43,260 nucleotides of DNA from Oscillospiraceae bacterium (lineage in GTDB: Bacteria > Bacillota > Clostridia > Oscillospirales > Oscillospiraceae). The position numbers and the translations under genes are program-made. This document shows positions 1 to 8,857 of the stretch, piece after piece. Below the pieces are notes generated by a model that did no database searches, was not told where the DNA came from, and worked only from the letters and a program-made list of their open reading frames with translations. The stretch spans positions 1-43,260 of the forward strand of contig CADCOJ010000077.1 of NCBI GenBank assembly GCA_902803075.1. The letters run 5' to 3'. The stretch's first letter is position 1. Each line of letters starts with the position of its first letter.

Positions 1-2
1 TC

Positions 3-185
3 ACTGAACAGATGGTTTTCCGAACTGACCTGCCGGGGAATCGCCCGGCTCTGACTTTTGATCCGTCCCGGCCGCTTCCGGAGGGATTTGATCTGACCTG
101 CATGGGTGTCACGGAAAAAAACGGCCAATACGTATGGGAACAGCAGGACAAAGCGGATAAGAAAGAATCTGCCCCGTCCGCGTAA
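3..185 (+). CDS. 3' end of a CDS that begins upstream of the window (hypothetical protein, partial)
   Basis: Frame 3 is open from the window edge (TEQMVFRTDLPGNRPALTFDPSRPLPEGFDLTCMG...SAPSA) to TAA at 183-185, which sits inside a terminator hairpin. Confidence 0.6.
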   Translation, partial: TEQMVFRTDLPGNRPALTFDPSRPLPEGFDLTCMGVTEKNGQYVWEQQDKADKKESAPSA

Positions 186-199
186 GGCGGACGGGGCAG
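169..199. terminator. Stem-loop between convergent genes
   Basis: Perfect 13-bp inverted repeat ctgccccgtccgc / gcggacggggcag with a 5-nt loop. Confidence 0.75.
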
Positions 200-212
200 C
201 GGAAAATACGAA

Positions 213-452
213 TCAGAACAGGTTCAGAACAAGCGTGAGCACGAGGAACACACCGCCGATCCACTTGGTGTAGAGCGCAAGCTTCGCATCCAGGCTCTTG
301 GACTTGTTTCTGCCAAGGAAGGTTTCACCGGAGCCGCCGCCGATCGCGCCGGACAGGCCCTGGGACTTGCTGGACTGGATCGAGACAATAACAACAAGAC
401 CAACAGCCAGGATGACCTGGATGATCGTCAGAATCAGATGAAGAGTCGTCAT
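213..452 (-). CDS. secG: Preprotein translocase subunit SecG
   Basis: 79 aa, two TM helices, Q-SK-xGLSGAIGGG loop typical of SecG; GGAGG RBS. Confidence 0.95.
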   Translation of the reverse strand: MTTLHLILTIIQVILAVGLVVIVSIQSSKSQGLSGAIGGGSGETFLGRNKSKSLDAKLALYTKWIGGVFLVLTLVLNLF

Positions 453-599
453 TTTTCCTCCATTACGAAGCCGTCCTTAACCGGCAGACGGCGTGCCGAA
501 ATGATCACAGGTTCTTCTAAACAGCATTTTAAATACTAACATAAAAACAGATCGAATGCAAGTGGTATTTGTTCTTTTTTGCAGTGAAAAAGAGCTCCG

Positions 600-1727
600 T
601 CAGCTTTTTGTGACCCATGTGCCGGTTGCGAGACAGGTGAGATAGGCGTTGATGAATCCGTCCAGATCACCGTCCATAACAGCGTTGATGTTTGTCATCT
701 CATAGCCGGTGCGGGTATCCTTTGCCAGCGTATACGGCATGAAAACATAGTTGCGGATCTGGCTTCCCCATTCGATCTTGAGCTGTGCACCCTTGATGTC
801 GGAGATCTTGTCCAGATGCTCCCGCTCCTTGATCTCGATCAGTTTTGAGCGCAGCATGCGCATGCATGTCTCCCGGTTCTGGAACTGGTCCCGCTGCGTC
901 TGGCAGGAGACGACGATGCCTGTAGGCTTATGGATCAGGCGGACGGCAGAGGAGGTTTTATTGATATGCTGGCCGCCGGCACCCGAGGAGCGGTAGACCT
1001 GCATCTCAATATCCTCCGGACGGATCTCCACGTCCTTGCTGTCATCCGTAATTTCCGGGATCACTTCAACAGCAGCAAAGGAGGTCTGCCGCCTGGCGTT
1101 TGCGTCAAAGGGTGAGACACGCACAAGGCGGTGGACGCCGTTTTCGCTCTTCAGCAGGCCATAGGCGTGCTCGCCTTCCACCAGGATGCTGGCGGACTTG
1201 ATGCCGGCCTCATCGCCGTCCAGATAGTCGAGGATCTTATACGTCATGCCGTGCGCGTCGATCCAGTGTGTGTACATCCGGTAGAGCATCTGCGCCCAAT
1301 CCTGTGCCTCGGTGCCGCCCGCACCGGCCTGGAAGGAGACGATAGCGTTGTTGCTGTCATACTCGCCGGAAAGGAGCGTTTCAAGCCGTGCCTTTTCCAT
1401 CTGCTGCTCCAACTGGGCAAAGCCGTCTGTCAGCTCAGGCAGCATGGAGTCGTCGTTTTCTTCAATGGCCATCTCGCACAGCGTATAGAGATCATCCCAC
1501 TGGCTGCACATTTTTTTGTACATCTCAACCTTCGCTTCGAGCAGCCTGGACTGTTTCATGACTTTGGTAGAGGTTTCCTGATCGTCCCAGAAGCCGTCTG
1601 AGTCGATCTGCGCATGCAGTCGCTCCAACTCATCGTTGGCTGCCGCAATGCCCAGCGAATCGGAGAGCTCCTCCAGACGGGGCTTGATGCCGGCCAGTTT
1701 TGTTTTATATTCTTCAAATTCAATCAT
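600..1727 (-). CDS. prfB: Peptide chain release factor 2
   Basis: GAGGTEAQDW, SPF tripeptide (RF2-specific), GAGGQHINKT (GGQ), WGSQIRNYV; ATG at 1727; single uninterrupted frame. Confidence 0.97.
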   Translation of the reverse strand: MIEFEEYKTKLAGIKPRLEELSDSLGIAAANDELERLHAQIDSDGFWDDQETSTKVMKQSRLLEAKVEMYKKMCSQWDDLYTLCEMAIEENDDSMLPELTDGFAQLEQQMEKARLETLLSGEYDSNNAIVSFQAGAGGTEAQDWAQMLYRMYTHWIDAHGMTYKILDYLDGDEAGIKSASILVEGEHAYGLLKSENGVHRLVRVSPFDANARRQTSFAAVEVIPEITDDSKDVEIRPEDIEMQVYRSSGAGGQHINKTSSAVRLIHKPTGIVVSCQTQRDQFQNRETCMRMLRSKLIEIKEREHLDKISDIKGAQLKIEWGSQIRNYVFMPYTLAKDTRTGYEMTNINAVMDGDLDGFINAYLTCLATGTWVTKS

Positions 1728-1759
1728 ACAGTTCCCACGCCTTATCAAAATTCAATGGT

Positions 1760-1788
1760 ATTATACAGGAAAAAGTGCGCCATGTAAA
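1760..1788 (-). promoter_or_regulatory. sigma-A promoter of prfB
   Basis: TTTACA-N17-TATAAT on the minus strand. Confidence 0.7.
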
Positions 1789-1826
1789 GAGCTCTGTGTC
1801 AAAATCCGCCGGAACAGGAAATAGTG

Positions 1827-1855
1827 CGCGGCATCCGGTTTTTCCGGATGCCGCG
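1827..1855 (-). terminator. Stem-loop immediately after the 29-aa small ORF
   Basis: 12-bp perfect stem cgcggcatccgg / ccggatgccgcg. Confidence 0.65.
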
Positions 1856-1858
1856 GTT

Positions 1859-1948
1859 TCATCTCTGGCTGACTTCATAGTCCTGGCCGGCGAAGATCCA
1901 ATCGTCCAGGTCGGTCAGATCGGCGCGTTCCGCTGCGTCGTTCATCAT
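1859..1948 (-). CDS. Small acidic protein, 29 aa (MMNDAAERADLTDLDDWIFAGQDYEVSQR); not in the ORF track
   Basis: Strong RBS AGAGGAGG directly upstream (second ATG at 1945 has better spacing), GC-rich third codon positions, TGA followed 3 nt later by a hairpin. Confidence 0.55.
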   Translation of the reverse strand: MMNDAAERADLTDLDDWIFAGQDYEVSQR

Positions 1949-2015
1949 ATCCCTCCTCTTTGCATTACCTCACAGTCTATGCACAAGAGGGGAGAAACAT
2001 GCGCGAGATTCCGAT

Positions 2016-2996
2016 TCAGATCTGCTGACGTTCAAGCATCCCGCAGATGTCCCGGCTCAGCTCCGGCACGGCAGACTGCACGCGTGCCGAGAGCTCCGAC
2101 AGCGTGAATTTGGCGCCGGCCAGTGTATCTGAGAGCTTTGCGAAGGGCTCAACAAGCATGGAGTCCGAGTAGCAGGCTGCTTTGACAACGACTCCGTTTT
2201 CCACTTGCAGATCCATTTGGATGCTGCCCCAGTCAAAGCGTTCTTCACAGGAGAAGCTGAACGGGAAACGCTTCCCATACAGCCAGTCCCAGCTCGCGTT
2301 GCGCGCAGTGGTTTTTGCGATAAACTGCTCGTCGAGTGAGTCCTCCCGGATCAACTGGACTTTTCCGCCATAAACTGCCTCGAACGCCATGCGCATGGCC
2401 TGCTTCATTGTGCCGACGCTCAAGCCCGGGCAGAGTTCCCGGAGATTGACCACCCGCGAACGGACAGAATCCACACCCTTGGAGGCGAGCTTCGCCTTGG
2501 AAGGGTTTAGGTACCGGCCCATCTTTTGCATATCCGCATCAATGAGCAGCGTGCCATGATGGTAGGATCGGCCATGGCTGTGATAAAACGCGTTTCCGGA
2601 GAATTTTCGCCCCTCTGCAAGCACATCGTTTCGCCCGGAGCGTTCAGCCCTGATCCCGAGCGACCGGCACGCGGTTTCTATCACACGGAGCTGGCGGTCA
2701 AGATCGTATGCTTCGCTCGGGACAAGAAATGTAAAGTTGAGATTTCCGAGATCGTGGAAAACTGCGCCGCCTCCGGACAGGCGGCGGGCAAGATGCCCGC
2801 CCTCCTGCTCAAGAAGCGTCGTCCGGCATTCCTTCCAGGCGTTCTGATTCTGTCCGATCACAACAGTATTCTGATTTTGCCAGAGGTAAAGAATGCAGCC
2901 TTCATCCGGAACCACATGCAGAAGAAGCTCTTCTACAGCCAGGTTCCGGTATGGATCAAGGGAGGAAGTTTCATAGAGATAGAGTTTGTTGATCAT
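2016..2996 (-). CDS. lplA: Lipoate-protein ligase A
   Basis: NLAVEE, VVIGQNQN, RRLSGGGAVFHDLGNLN, KFSGNA, HHGTLL, SKGVDSVRSRV motifs; ATGA overlap with gcvPB. Confidence 0.95.
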   Translation of the reverse strand: MINKLYLYETSSLDPYRNLAVEELLLHVVPDEGCILYLWQNQNTVVIGQNQNAWKECRTTLLEQEGGHLARRLSGGGAVFHDLGNLNFTFLVPSEAYDLDRQLRVIETACRSLGIRAERSGRNDVLAEGRKFSGNAFYHSHGRSYHHGTLLIDADMQKMGRYLNPSKAKLASKGVDSVRSRVVNLRELCPGLSVGTMKQAMRMAFEAVYGGKVQLIREDSLDEQFIAKTTARNASWDWLYGKRFPFSFSCEERFDWGSIQMDLQVENGVVVKAACYSDSMLVEPFAKLSDTLAGAKFTLSELSARVQSAVPELSRDICGMLERQQI

Positions 2997-4396
2997 GCTG
3001 GAACGTACCTTACAATGGGATTACGTGCCGCGCGGACCTCGTCCGGTCGGCCGATGGGTGTGTTGTGTGGGGCTTTGTGCATCCGCTCCGGATCGCTATG
3101 AGCGAGTGCATAGAGAGAGCGGAACACCTCCGCCGCGTCATCGAGCGTCTGCTTGCCCTCAGTCTCTGTCGGCTCGAGCATGAGCGCTTCATGAACGATC
3201 AGCGGGAAGTACATTGTGGGCGGGTGCATGCCATAGTCAATGAGGGATTTGGCCACATCCAGCGCGCTCACGCCGGTCTGCTTTTTGAACTCCGATAGAT
3301 CGAGAACGAACTCGTGCATGCAGATGCGGTCAAAGGCCGGGCGGAACGTTCCCTTGATACGCTGCATCAGATAGTTTGCGTTCAGTACGGCGTTCTCCGC
3401 TGCCTGCGGAACGCCTTCCGCGCCAAGCATCATCAGGTAGGCAAGCGCCTTGACGACCACCAGGAAATTGCCGCAAAATGCGCGAACCTGCAGATGGCCG
3501 GGTTCCTGCATGAGGGAGGACTGCGGAAGATATGCACGCAGGAACTCCTTGCAGCCCACAGCGCCTGCGCCGGGCCCACCGCCGCCGTGCGGGGTGGCAA
3601 AGGTTTTATGCAGATTCATGTGGATACAGTCGAAGCCCATGTCGCCCGGGCGAACGATCCCCATGACGGCGTTCAGATTGGCTCCGTCATAGTAGCACAG
3701 GCCGCCTGCCTCATGCACCATGCGTGTAATTTCAAGAATATTCCGGTCAAAAAGACCGACGGTGTTTGGATTCGTCAGCATCAGACCTGCGGTGTCGGGG
3801 CCAAGGACCTTCTGCAGCGCATCCAGGTCGACGCATCCGTCCGGCGCAGACGGGATGTTGACGACCTGATAGCCGCACATCGCGGCAGTGGCAGGATTGG
3901 TGCCATGCGCGGAGTCCGGCACGATGATCTTTGTGCGCGCCTTGTCGCCGCGGGCATCGTGGTACTGCTTGATGAGCAGGACGCCCGTGAATTCCCCGTG
4001 TGCGCCGGCCGCAGGCTGGAAGGTCATGTCCGCCATACCGGAGATCTCACACAGATAGCGTTTCGCAAGTGCAAGGACCTCCATGCACCCTGCGGCGTCT
4101 TCAGCTGGTGTCAGCGGATGTACATCGGTGAAGCCGGGGAGTGCGGCAAGCTCTTCATCGATTCGGGGATTGTATTTCATGGTGCAGGAGCCGAGCGGAT
4201 AAAAACCGCAGTTGACGCCGTGCACCTGGCGGCAGAGTTCGGAATAATGGCGGGAAACGTCCGTTTCGCTCATTTCAGGGAGCGCAGGCGGGTTCTGCCG
4301 TTCCAGACCGTAGGGAAGACTGGCGGACTCCACATCGCAGGGCGGGAGGATAGAGCAGCCTCTTCCGGAGACGCTCTTTTCAAAAATCAGCTTCAT
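2993..4396 (-). CDS. gcvPB: Glycine dehydrogenase (decarboxylating) subunit 2
   Basis: YPLGSCTMKYNP, QPAAGAHGE, SAHGTNPA, NLHKTFATPHGGGGPG (PLP lysine), HPPTMYFP. Confidence 0.97.
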   Translation of the reverse strand: MKLIFEKSVSGRGCSILPPCDVESASLPYGLERQNPPALPEMSETDVSRHYSELCRQVHGVNCGFYPLGSCTMKYNPRIDEELAALPGFTDVHPLTPAEDAAGCMEVLALAKRYLCEISGMADMTFQPAAGAHGEFTGVLLIKQYHDARGDKARTKIIVPDSAHGTNPATAAMCGYQVVNIPSAPDGCVDLDALQKVLGPDTAGLMLTNPNTVGLFDRNILEITRMVHEAGGLCYYDGANLNAVMGIVRPGDMGFDCIHMNLHKTFATPHGGGGPGAGAVGCKEFLRAYLPQSSLMQEPGHLQVRAFCGNFLVVVKALAYLMMLGAEGVPQAAENAVLNANYLMQRIKGTFRPAFDRICMHEFVLDLSEFKKQTGVSALDVAKSLIDYGMHPPTMYFPLIVHEALMLEPTETEGKQTLDDAAEVFRSLYALAHSDPERMHKAPHNTPIGRPDEVRAARNPIVRYVPA

Positions 4397-5709
4397 TCTG
4401 CCAACACCTCCTTTACGATCGAAACTGCCTCATCCAGCTGCTGCTTCGTGACCTTCTCCGTCACGCACCACAGAACGCCGTCTTTCAATGGCAGGCCACC
4501 CAGAATCCCGGACTCAGAGAGGCGGCTGAGCACAGCCTCCCGCTTTGGGAGTGCAGTCAGGAATTCGTCAAAGAATTCGCCCTCATGGATGAGCCGGACA
4601 CCCGGAAGTCTGCAGAGCTGCTGTTCGAAATAATGCGCCTTGGACATGGACTGCTTTGCGGCTTCCGCAAGACCCTGCGGGCCCATGACGCTGAGATAGA
4701 CGCTGGCAGTCAGTGCGCAGAGCGCTTCGTTGGAACAGATGTTGCTGCTGGCTTTTTCCCGGCGGATGTGCTGTTCGCGTGCCTGGAGGGAGAGGACAAA
4801 AGCACGGTTCCCTTTGTCATCGACCGTCTGGCCAACGATCCGGCCGGGAAGCCTGCGCATGTGCGCGGAGGTCGTGGCCATCATACCGAGATACGGGCCG
4901 CCGAAGCCGACCGGCATGCCGAGCGGCTGACCTTCTGCAACAAAGACGTCTGCCCCCTGGTCGCGCGGCGTCTTCATGATACCGAGCGCAATGGGATTGC
5001 AGCTGAGAATGACCATCGTCCCGTTTTCATGTGCCAGCGCGGAAAGCTGCTCCGTGTGTTCAAACAGGCCATAGAAGTTCGGCTGCTGAAGGATAACGGA
5101 AGCCACTGACTCATCCAGAAGCGCACGCATCGCTTCCGGGTCTGTCTTACCGTCCTTTTCGGGAATGAGCCTCATTTCGTCTCCTGTGCCGTAACAGTAG
5201 GTCCGGACGGTGTTGATGATGTCCGGGTTGGCCGCAGCGCTGACAAGCGTCACACGGCGTTTGCGGTCACGGCACATGGCTGCGGCCTCCGCTGCGGCGG
5301 TCGCACCGTCGTAGACCGAGGCGTTGGCTGCGTCCATTCCGCTGAGCTCGCACACCATGGTCTGGTATTCGAAAATCGACTGCAGGATGCCCTGGCTGAT
5401 CTCCGCCTGATAGGGCGTGTAGGCCGTGAGAAACTCCTCTTTCGCGGGGATATACTTTACGATGCTCGGAATGTAATGGTCATAGGCACCTGCGCCGCGC
5501 AGAACCGTATGGAAACGACGGTTTTTTTCGGCCAGTGCACGGATGGTGCGGCTGACCTCCAGCTCGCTCATGCCGGCAGGCAGGTCCAGCGGGTGATCGA
5601 GAAGCATCTGCTCCGGTACGTCACGATAGAGTTCGCGGAAATCATCCAGCCCGAGCGCGGCAAGCATCTGCTTCTGCTCATCATGGGTTGAGGGAATGTA
5701 GCTCCCCAA
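4393..5709 (-). CDS. gcvPA: Glycine dehydrogenase (decarboxylating) subunit 1
   Basis: GAGAYDHYIP, TAYTPYQAEISQG, NASVYDGATA, REQHIRREKASSNICSN; TTG start at 5709 after GGAGGA. Confidence 0.96.
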   Translation of the reverse strand: MGSYIPSTHDEQKQMLAALGLDDFRELYRDVPEQMLLDHPLDLPAGMSELEVSRTIRALAEKNRRFHTVLRGAGAYDHYIPSIVKYIPAKEEFLTAYTPYQAEISQGILQSIFEYQTMVCELSGMDAANASVYDGATAAAEAAAMCRDRKRRVTLVSAAANPDIINTVRTYCYGTGDEMRLIPEKDGKTDPEAMRALLDESVASVILQQPNFYGLFEHTEQLSALAHENGTMVILSCNPIALGIMKTPRDQGADVFVAEGQPLGMPVGFGGPYLGMMATTSAHMRRLPGRIVGQTVDDKGNRAFVLSLQAREQHIRREKASSNICSNEALCALTASVYLSVMGPQGLAEAAKQSMSKAHYFEQQLCRLPGVRLIHEGEFFDEFLTALPKREAVLSRLSESGILGGLPLKDGVLWCVTEKVTKQQLDEAVSIVKEVLAE

Positions 5710-5711
5710 AA

Positions 5712-6089
5712 TTATTCCTCCTCCTCGCAAAGACGCTGATAGTCCTCAGCGCCGAGCAGCTCCTCTGTTGCAGTCACAGACTCCACCTTAATGATCCAAG
5801 CTCCGTACGGATCGGAGTTGAGGTTTTCCGGAGCGTCGAGAAGCTCTTCATTGACGGCGCACACAATGCCGCTCACGGGGCTAATAAGGTCGCTGACGGC
5901 CTTGACGGATTCCACATCGCCGAACGGCTCACCGGCTGTGACCGTATCGCCCTCCTGCGGCAGGTTGACAAAAACAAGGTCACCAAGCGAATTCTGCGCA
6001 TAATCGGAGATGCCGACGACAGCCTGCTCGCCGTCCTGCTTCAGCCATTCGTGAGAACGTGTGTAGTGCAGTTCCTTCGGATATTCCAT
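5712..6089 (-). CDS. gcvH: Glycine cleavage system H protein
   Basis: YTRSHEW, GISDYAQ, VESVKAVS (lipoyl lysine), NSDPYG-WI; ATG at 6089 with GGAGG. Confidence 0.97.
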   Translation of the reverse strand: MEYPKELHYTRSHEWLKQDGEQAVVGISDYAQNSLGDLVFVNLPQEGDTVTAGEPFGDVESVKAVSDLISPVSGIVCAVNEELLDAPENLNSDPYGAWIIKVESVTATEELLGAEDYQRLCEEEE

Positions 6090-6126
6090 GATTAAATCCT
6101 CCGTTTTTTTAGAATATGGTTTTGAA

Positions 6127-8775
6127 TCAAAGGCCGATGATCCCGGCAAATTTCTCAAGCTCTGCGTTGAATTCCGCATCGGAGAAGCAGTATTTCATCT
6201 CCAGATGTTCGCCGCGCAGACGCGCCACGTCATCCGAGACGTTTCTTCCGCGCAGAATGCAGTCTGCCATCAGCTCGGCCAGACGCGCAAAGTCGTCTGC
6301 CGTAAAGCCGAAGCGTGTCATTTCGCTCATGCCCATGCGCAGCGCACCGGAGGCGGTGAAGCCTTCTTCTTCGGGCGTCGCCTGATAGTTGACGATGATA
6401 TTGTTCTGTTCCAGTCGCTCCGCGACCTCCGGCCCGATGCCGTAGCCGACCTTCACGATGACCTGGTGTGTCTCAGTGTAGCCAATGGCAGGATCGCCAG
6501 CCACATCCAGCCCCTGCGCTTTGAGGCAGCGCGCAAAGTGTTTGGCATTGTCAATGATTGCTTTCTGATATGCGTCCTTGAACTGATTCATCTCATAGGC
6601 GGCCATCAGCAAGCCCAGCTGCGTGCCCAGGTGGTGGTTGGAGACGCTGCCCGGGAACGCACGGGATTCAATGGTCTGCCATAATCCGTATTCCAGATCT
6701 TCCTTCTTATAATTGACGCCGATGATACCGCGCTGCGGTCCGAAGAAGGTTTTGTGCGTCGAGCCGGTGACGATGTTTGCGCCTTCCTCAAAGGGCTTCT
6801 GGAACGAATCGCCGATCAGGCCGAGCACATGCGCCATATCGTACATGATCGTGGTGGGGATCTTCTGATCGTCAACGAACGCGCGGATCTGCGCGACCGG
6901 TTCGCGGTGCAGGACCATGCTCTTGCCAAAGATGATGAGCTCCGGACGGAATTTTTCAATGAGCTTTTTCGTTTCTTCCACGTCGATCTTATAGATGTTA
7001 TCCCTGCAGACGGGGAAGTTGACAATGGCCGGGCGCTCCGTAACGGGGTCGATGGCAACAAAATCGTGCAGCGCACCCATCGGCTGGGCGGAGAGATGCC
7101 CACCCTTGATGATGTGGTTGTTCATGATATATCCGAGGCGCTTCGGGTCATGTTTCCGGTCAAGGCGGTTTTTCCAGTCCATCAGTGCGGAAAAGACCGC
7201 CATATTGGACATCTGGCCGGAGATGACACGCGTCTCGACCTCAGTGCAGCCGAAATACTGACGCATCTGGTCAACAAGCAGCTGCTCAACCTTGTCGATG
7301 AATTTTGTGCCCTGATAGTAGAAAATATCTTTGTCGTAGAACGATTTGATTTTTTTGTGCTCAGCATAGCGGAACGCAGGATCGGATGCACAGAGCAGCT
7401 GAACGGCGCGGCTGGGCGTGTTTTCAGAGGGGATCAGATTGATGCAGCGCCTCTGACGCCACAGATGGTTTTCTTCCGCTTCACGGATCAGCTCCAGCGC
7501 GAACGGCAGGCGGTCGCCGGTGCGGACCTCCGCGGTCTCATCCTCTACGCCATAGAGGATCGGCCGGGCGAACGGAGGCGCGTCAACGCGCATATGGTAG
7601 GGGACGATCACGGCTTTGAGCCGTCGGCCGCGTACATCGACTTCCACAACATCGTCTTCCAGCGTGCTGCTTTCAACGTAGCAAAGACCGATCGAACGCT
7701 TGGCGGTCTCATCAGTGATGACGGTCTGCAATCCTTCTCCTTCTGCCTTGTAGTATGGGACCATCGTGCCGCTGGTGACCCAGCCGATTTTTCTGTTGCC
7801 GCGATAGATGTCCATCCCGGCACGCATCACTCCGCGGTCAGTCAGTGCAATGGGGAGGATGCGGCGGGGAAGTGCAGAGCAGTCGTCAAAGCGGCGGTTC
7901 ATGATGTTCCGGTAAGCGTCAAACTGGTGCGTCAACGCTTCACGGCCGATAAAATCGCCCTTCTGCGGAGAGAAGCTGACAGCAAACTTGGCAAGTGGGA
8001 CTGCGAAAATCGGCATCGGCTGCCCGTCCGGGTCACGGCCCATCTCGTGGCCATAGAGCGGAAGCCCCGCTTCAAGGCGGAGCGTGTCGCGCGCACCGAG
8101 TCCGGCAGGCTTTGCACCGAGTGCGATCAGGCGTTCCCAGAGCCACACTGCATCCTCAGAGCGAACATAAACTTCATAGCCCAGCGGCTCGCCGGTGTAT
8201 CCGGTTTTTGCGATGCGGACTGGATGTCCCTCAAAGCTGCATGAACCAAGCGCGTTTTTCATGGGCTCAGTCAGCATTTGGCCGCCGCTGAGCGTCATAA
8301 GGAGCTCCTTGCTTTTCGGACCCTGGACAGCGATGGCAGCATACTGCGTGGAAATATCCGTGATCGTGCAGTCGTAACCGGGGAGTTCTGCCGTCAGATG
8401 AGCCAGGTCCTTTTCTGTGTTGGCTGCGTTAACGACCAGCAGATAGCTGTCTTCCTCAAACAGATAGAGATATGCGTCGTCGATCGCGCAGCCGTTCTCA
8501 TCGGACAGGATGCAGTATTGCGCCTGATTGAGCTCAAGTGCGGAAACATTGCTGGTCAGAACATGCTGCAGGAACCTGTGCCGATCCGGACCCTCCACAA
8601 GGAGCCTGCCCATATGCGATACATCGAACAGACTGCAGAAGTGGCGGGTATACAGGTGCTCCGCAACAATGCCGCTCGGATACTGGATCGGCATCTCCCA
8701 TCCGCCGAAATCGACCATTTCAGCGCCGGAGCTTACATGAGTTTCATAAAGCTGGGTTCGTTTGAGATCACGCAT
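6127..8775 (-). CDS. gcvT: Fusion protein: glycine cleavage aminomethyltransferase (GcvT, ~8775-7590) plus serine hydroxymethyltransferase (GlyA-like, ~7500-6127), 882 aa
   Basis: N-half has FGGWEMPIQY, FDVSHMG, TGYTGE-GYE, GLGARDTLRLEAGLPLYG, GWVTSG; C-half has NLIPSEN, RYAE, GGHLS, YDMAHVLGLI, GSTHKTFFGPQ (PLP lysine), FPG, SGALRMG; no stop between them; ATG 8775 with GGAGG. Confidence 0.93.
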   Translation of the reverse strand: MRDLKRTQLYETHVSSGAEMVDFGGWEMPIQYPSGIVAEHLYTRHFCSLFDVSHMGRLLVEGPDRHRFLQHVLTSNVSALELNQAQYCILSDENGCAIDDAYLYLFEEDSYLLVVNAANTEKDLAHLTAELPGYDCTITDISTQYAAIAVQGPKSKELLMTLSGGQMLTEPMKNALGSCSFEGHPVRIAKTGYTGEPLGYEVYVRSEDAVWLWERLIALGAKPAGLGARDTLRLEAGLPLYGHEMGRDPDGQPMPIFAVPLAKFAVSFSPQKGDFIGREALTHQFDAYRNIMNRRFDDCSALPRRILPIALTDRGVMRAGMDIYRGNRKIGWVTSGTMVPYYKAEGEGLQTVITDETAKRSIGLCYVESSTLEDDVVEVDVRGRRLKAVIVPYHMRVDAPPFARPILYGVEDETAEVRTGDRLPFALELIREAEENHLWRQRRCINLIPSENTPSRAVQLLCASDPAFRYAEHKKIKSFYDKDIFYYQGTKFIDKVEQLLVDQMRQYFGCTEVETRVISGQMSNMAVFSALMDWKNRLDRKHDPKRLGYIMNNHIIKGGHLSAQPMGALHDFVAIDPVTERPAIVNFPVCRDNIYKIDVEETKKLIEKFRPELIIFGKSMVLHREPVAQIRAFVDDQKIPTTIMYDMAHVLGLIGDSFQKPFEEGANIVTGSTHKTFFGPQRGIIGVNYKKEDLEYGLWQTIESRAFPGSVSNHHLGTQLGLLMAAYEMNQFKDAYQKAIIDNAKHFARCLKAQGLDVAGDPAIGYTETHQVIVKVGYGIGPEVAERLEQNNIIVNYQATPEEEGFTASGALRMGMSEMTRFGFTADDFARLAELMADCILRGRNVSDDVARLRGEHLEMKYCFSDAEFNAELEKFAGIIGL

Positions 8776-8814
8776 AGGATACCTCCGTTCAAAATCTCCC
8801 AGAATGGCACGGCA

Positions 8815-8857
8815 AAAAACAAAAAAGCACAAAGCTTCCTGACTGGAAACTCTGTGC
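8815..8857 (-). terminator. Intrinsic terminator acting as expression platform of the glycine riboswitch
   Basis: Minus strand gcacagagtttcc-agtca-ggaagctttgtgc followed by TTTTTTGTTTTT, between aptamer 2 and the gcvT start. Confidence 0.85.

Noticed and set aside
3314-8244. Long plus-strand ORFs (3314-4633, 6754-8244 and others) opposite the gcv genes
   Set aside because: Antisense shadows of GC-rich coding sequence; no RBS or recognisable motifs
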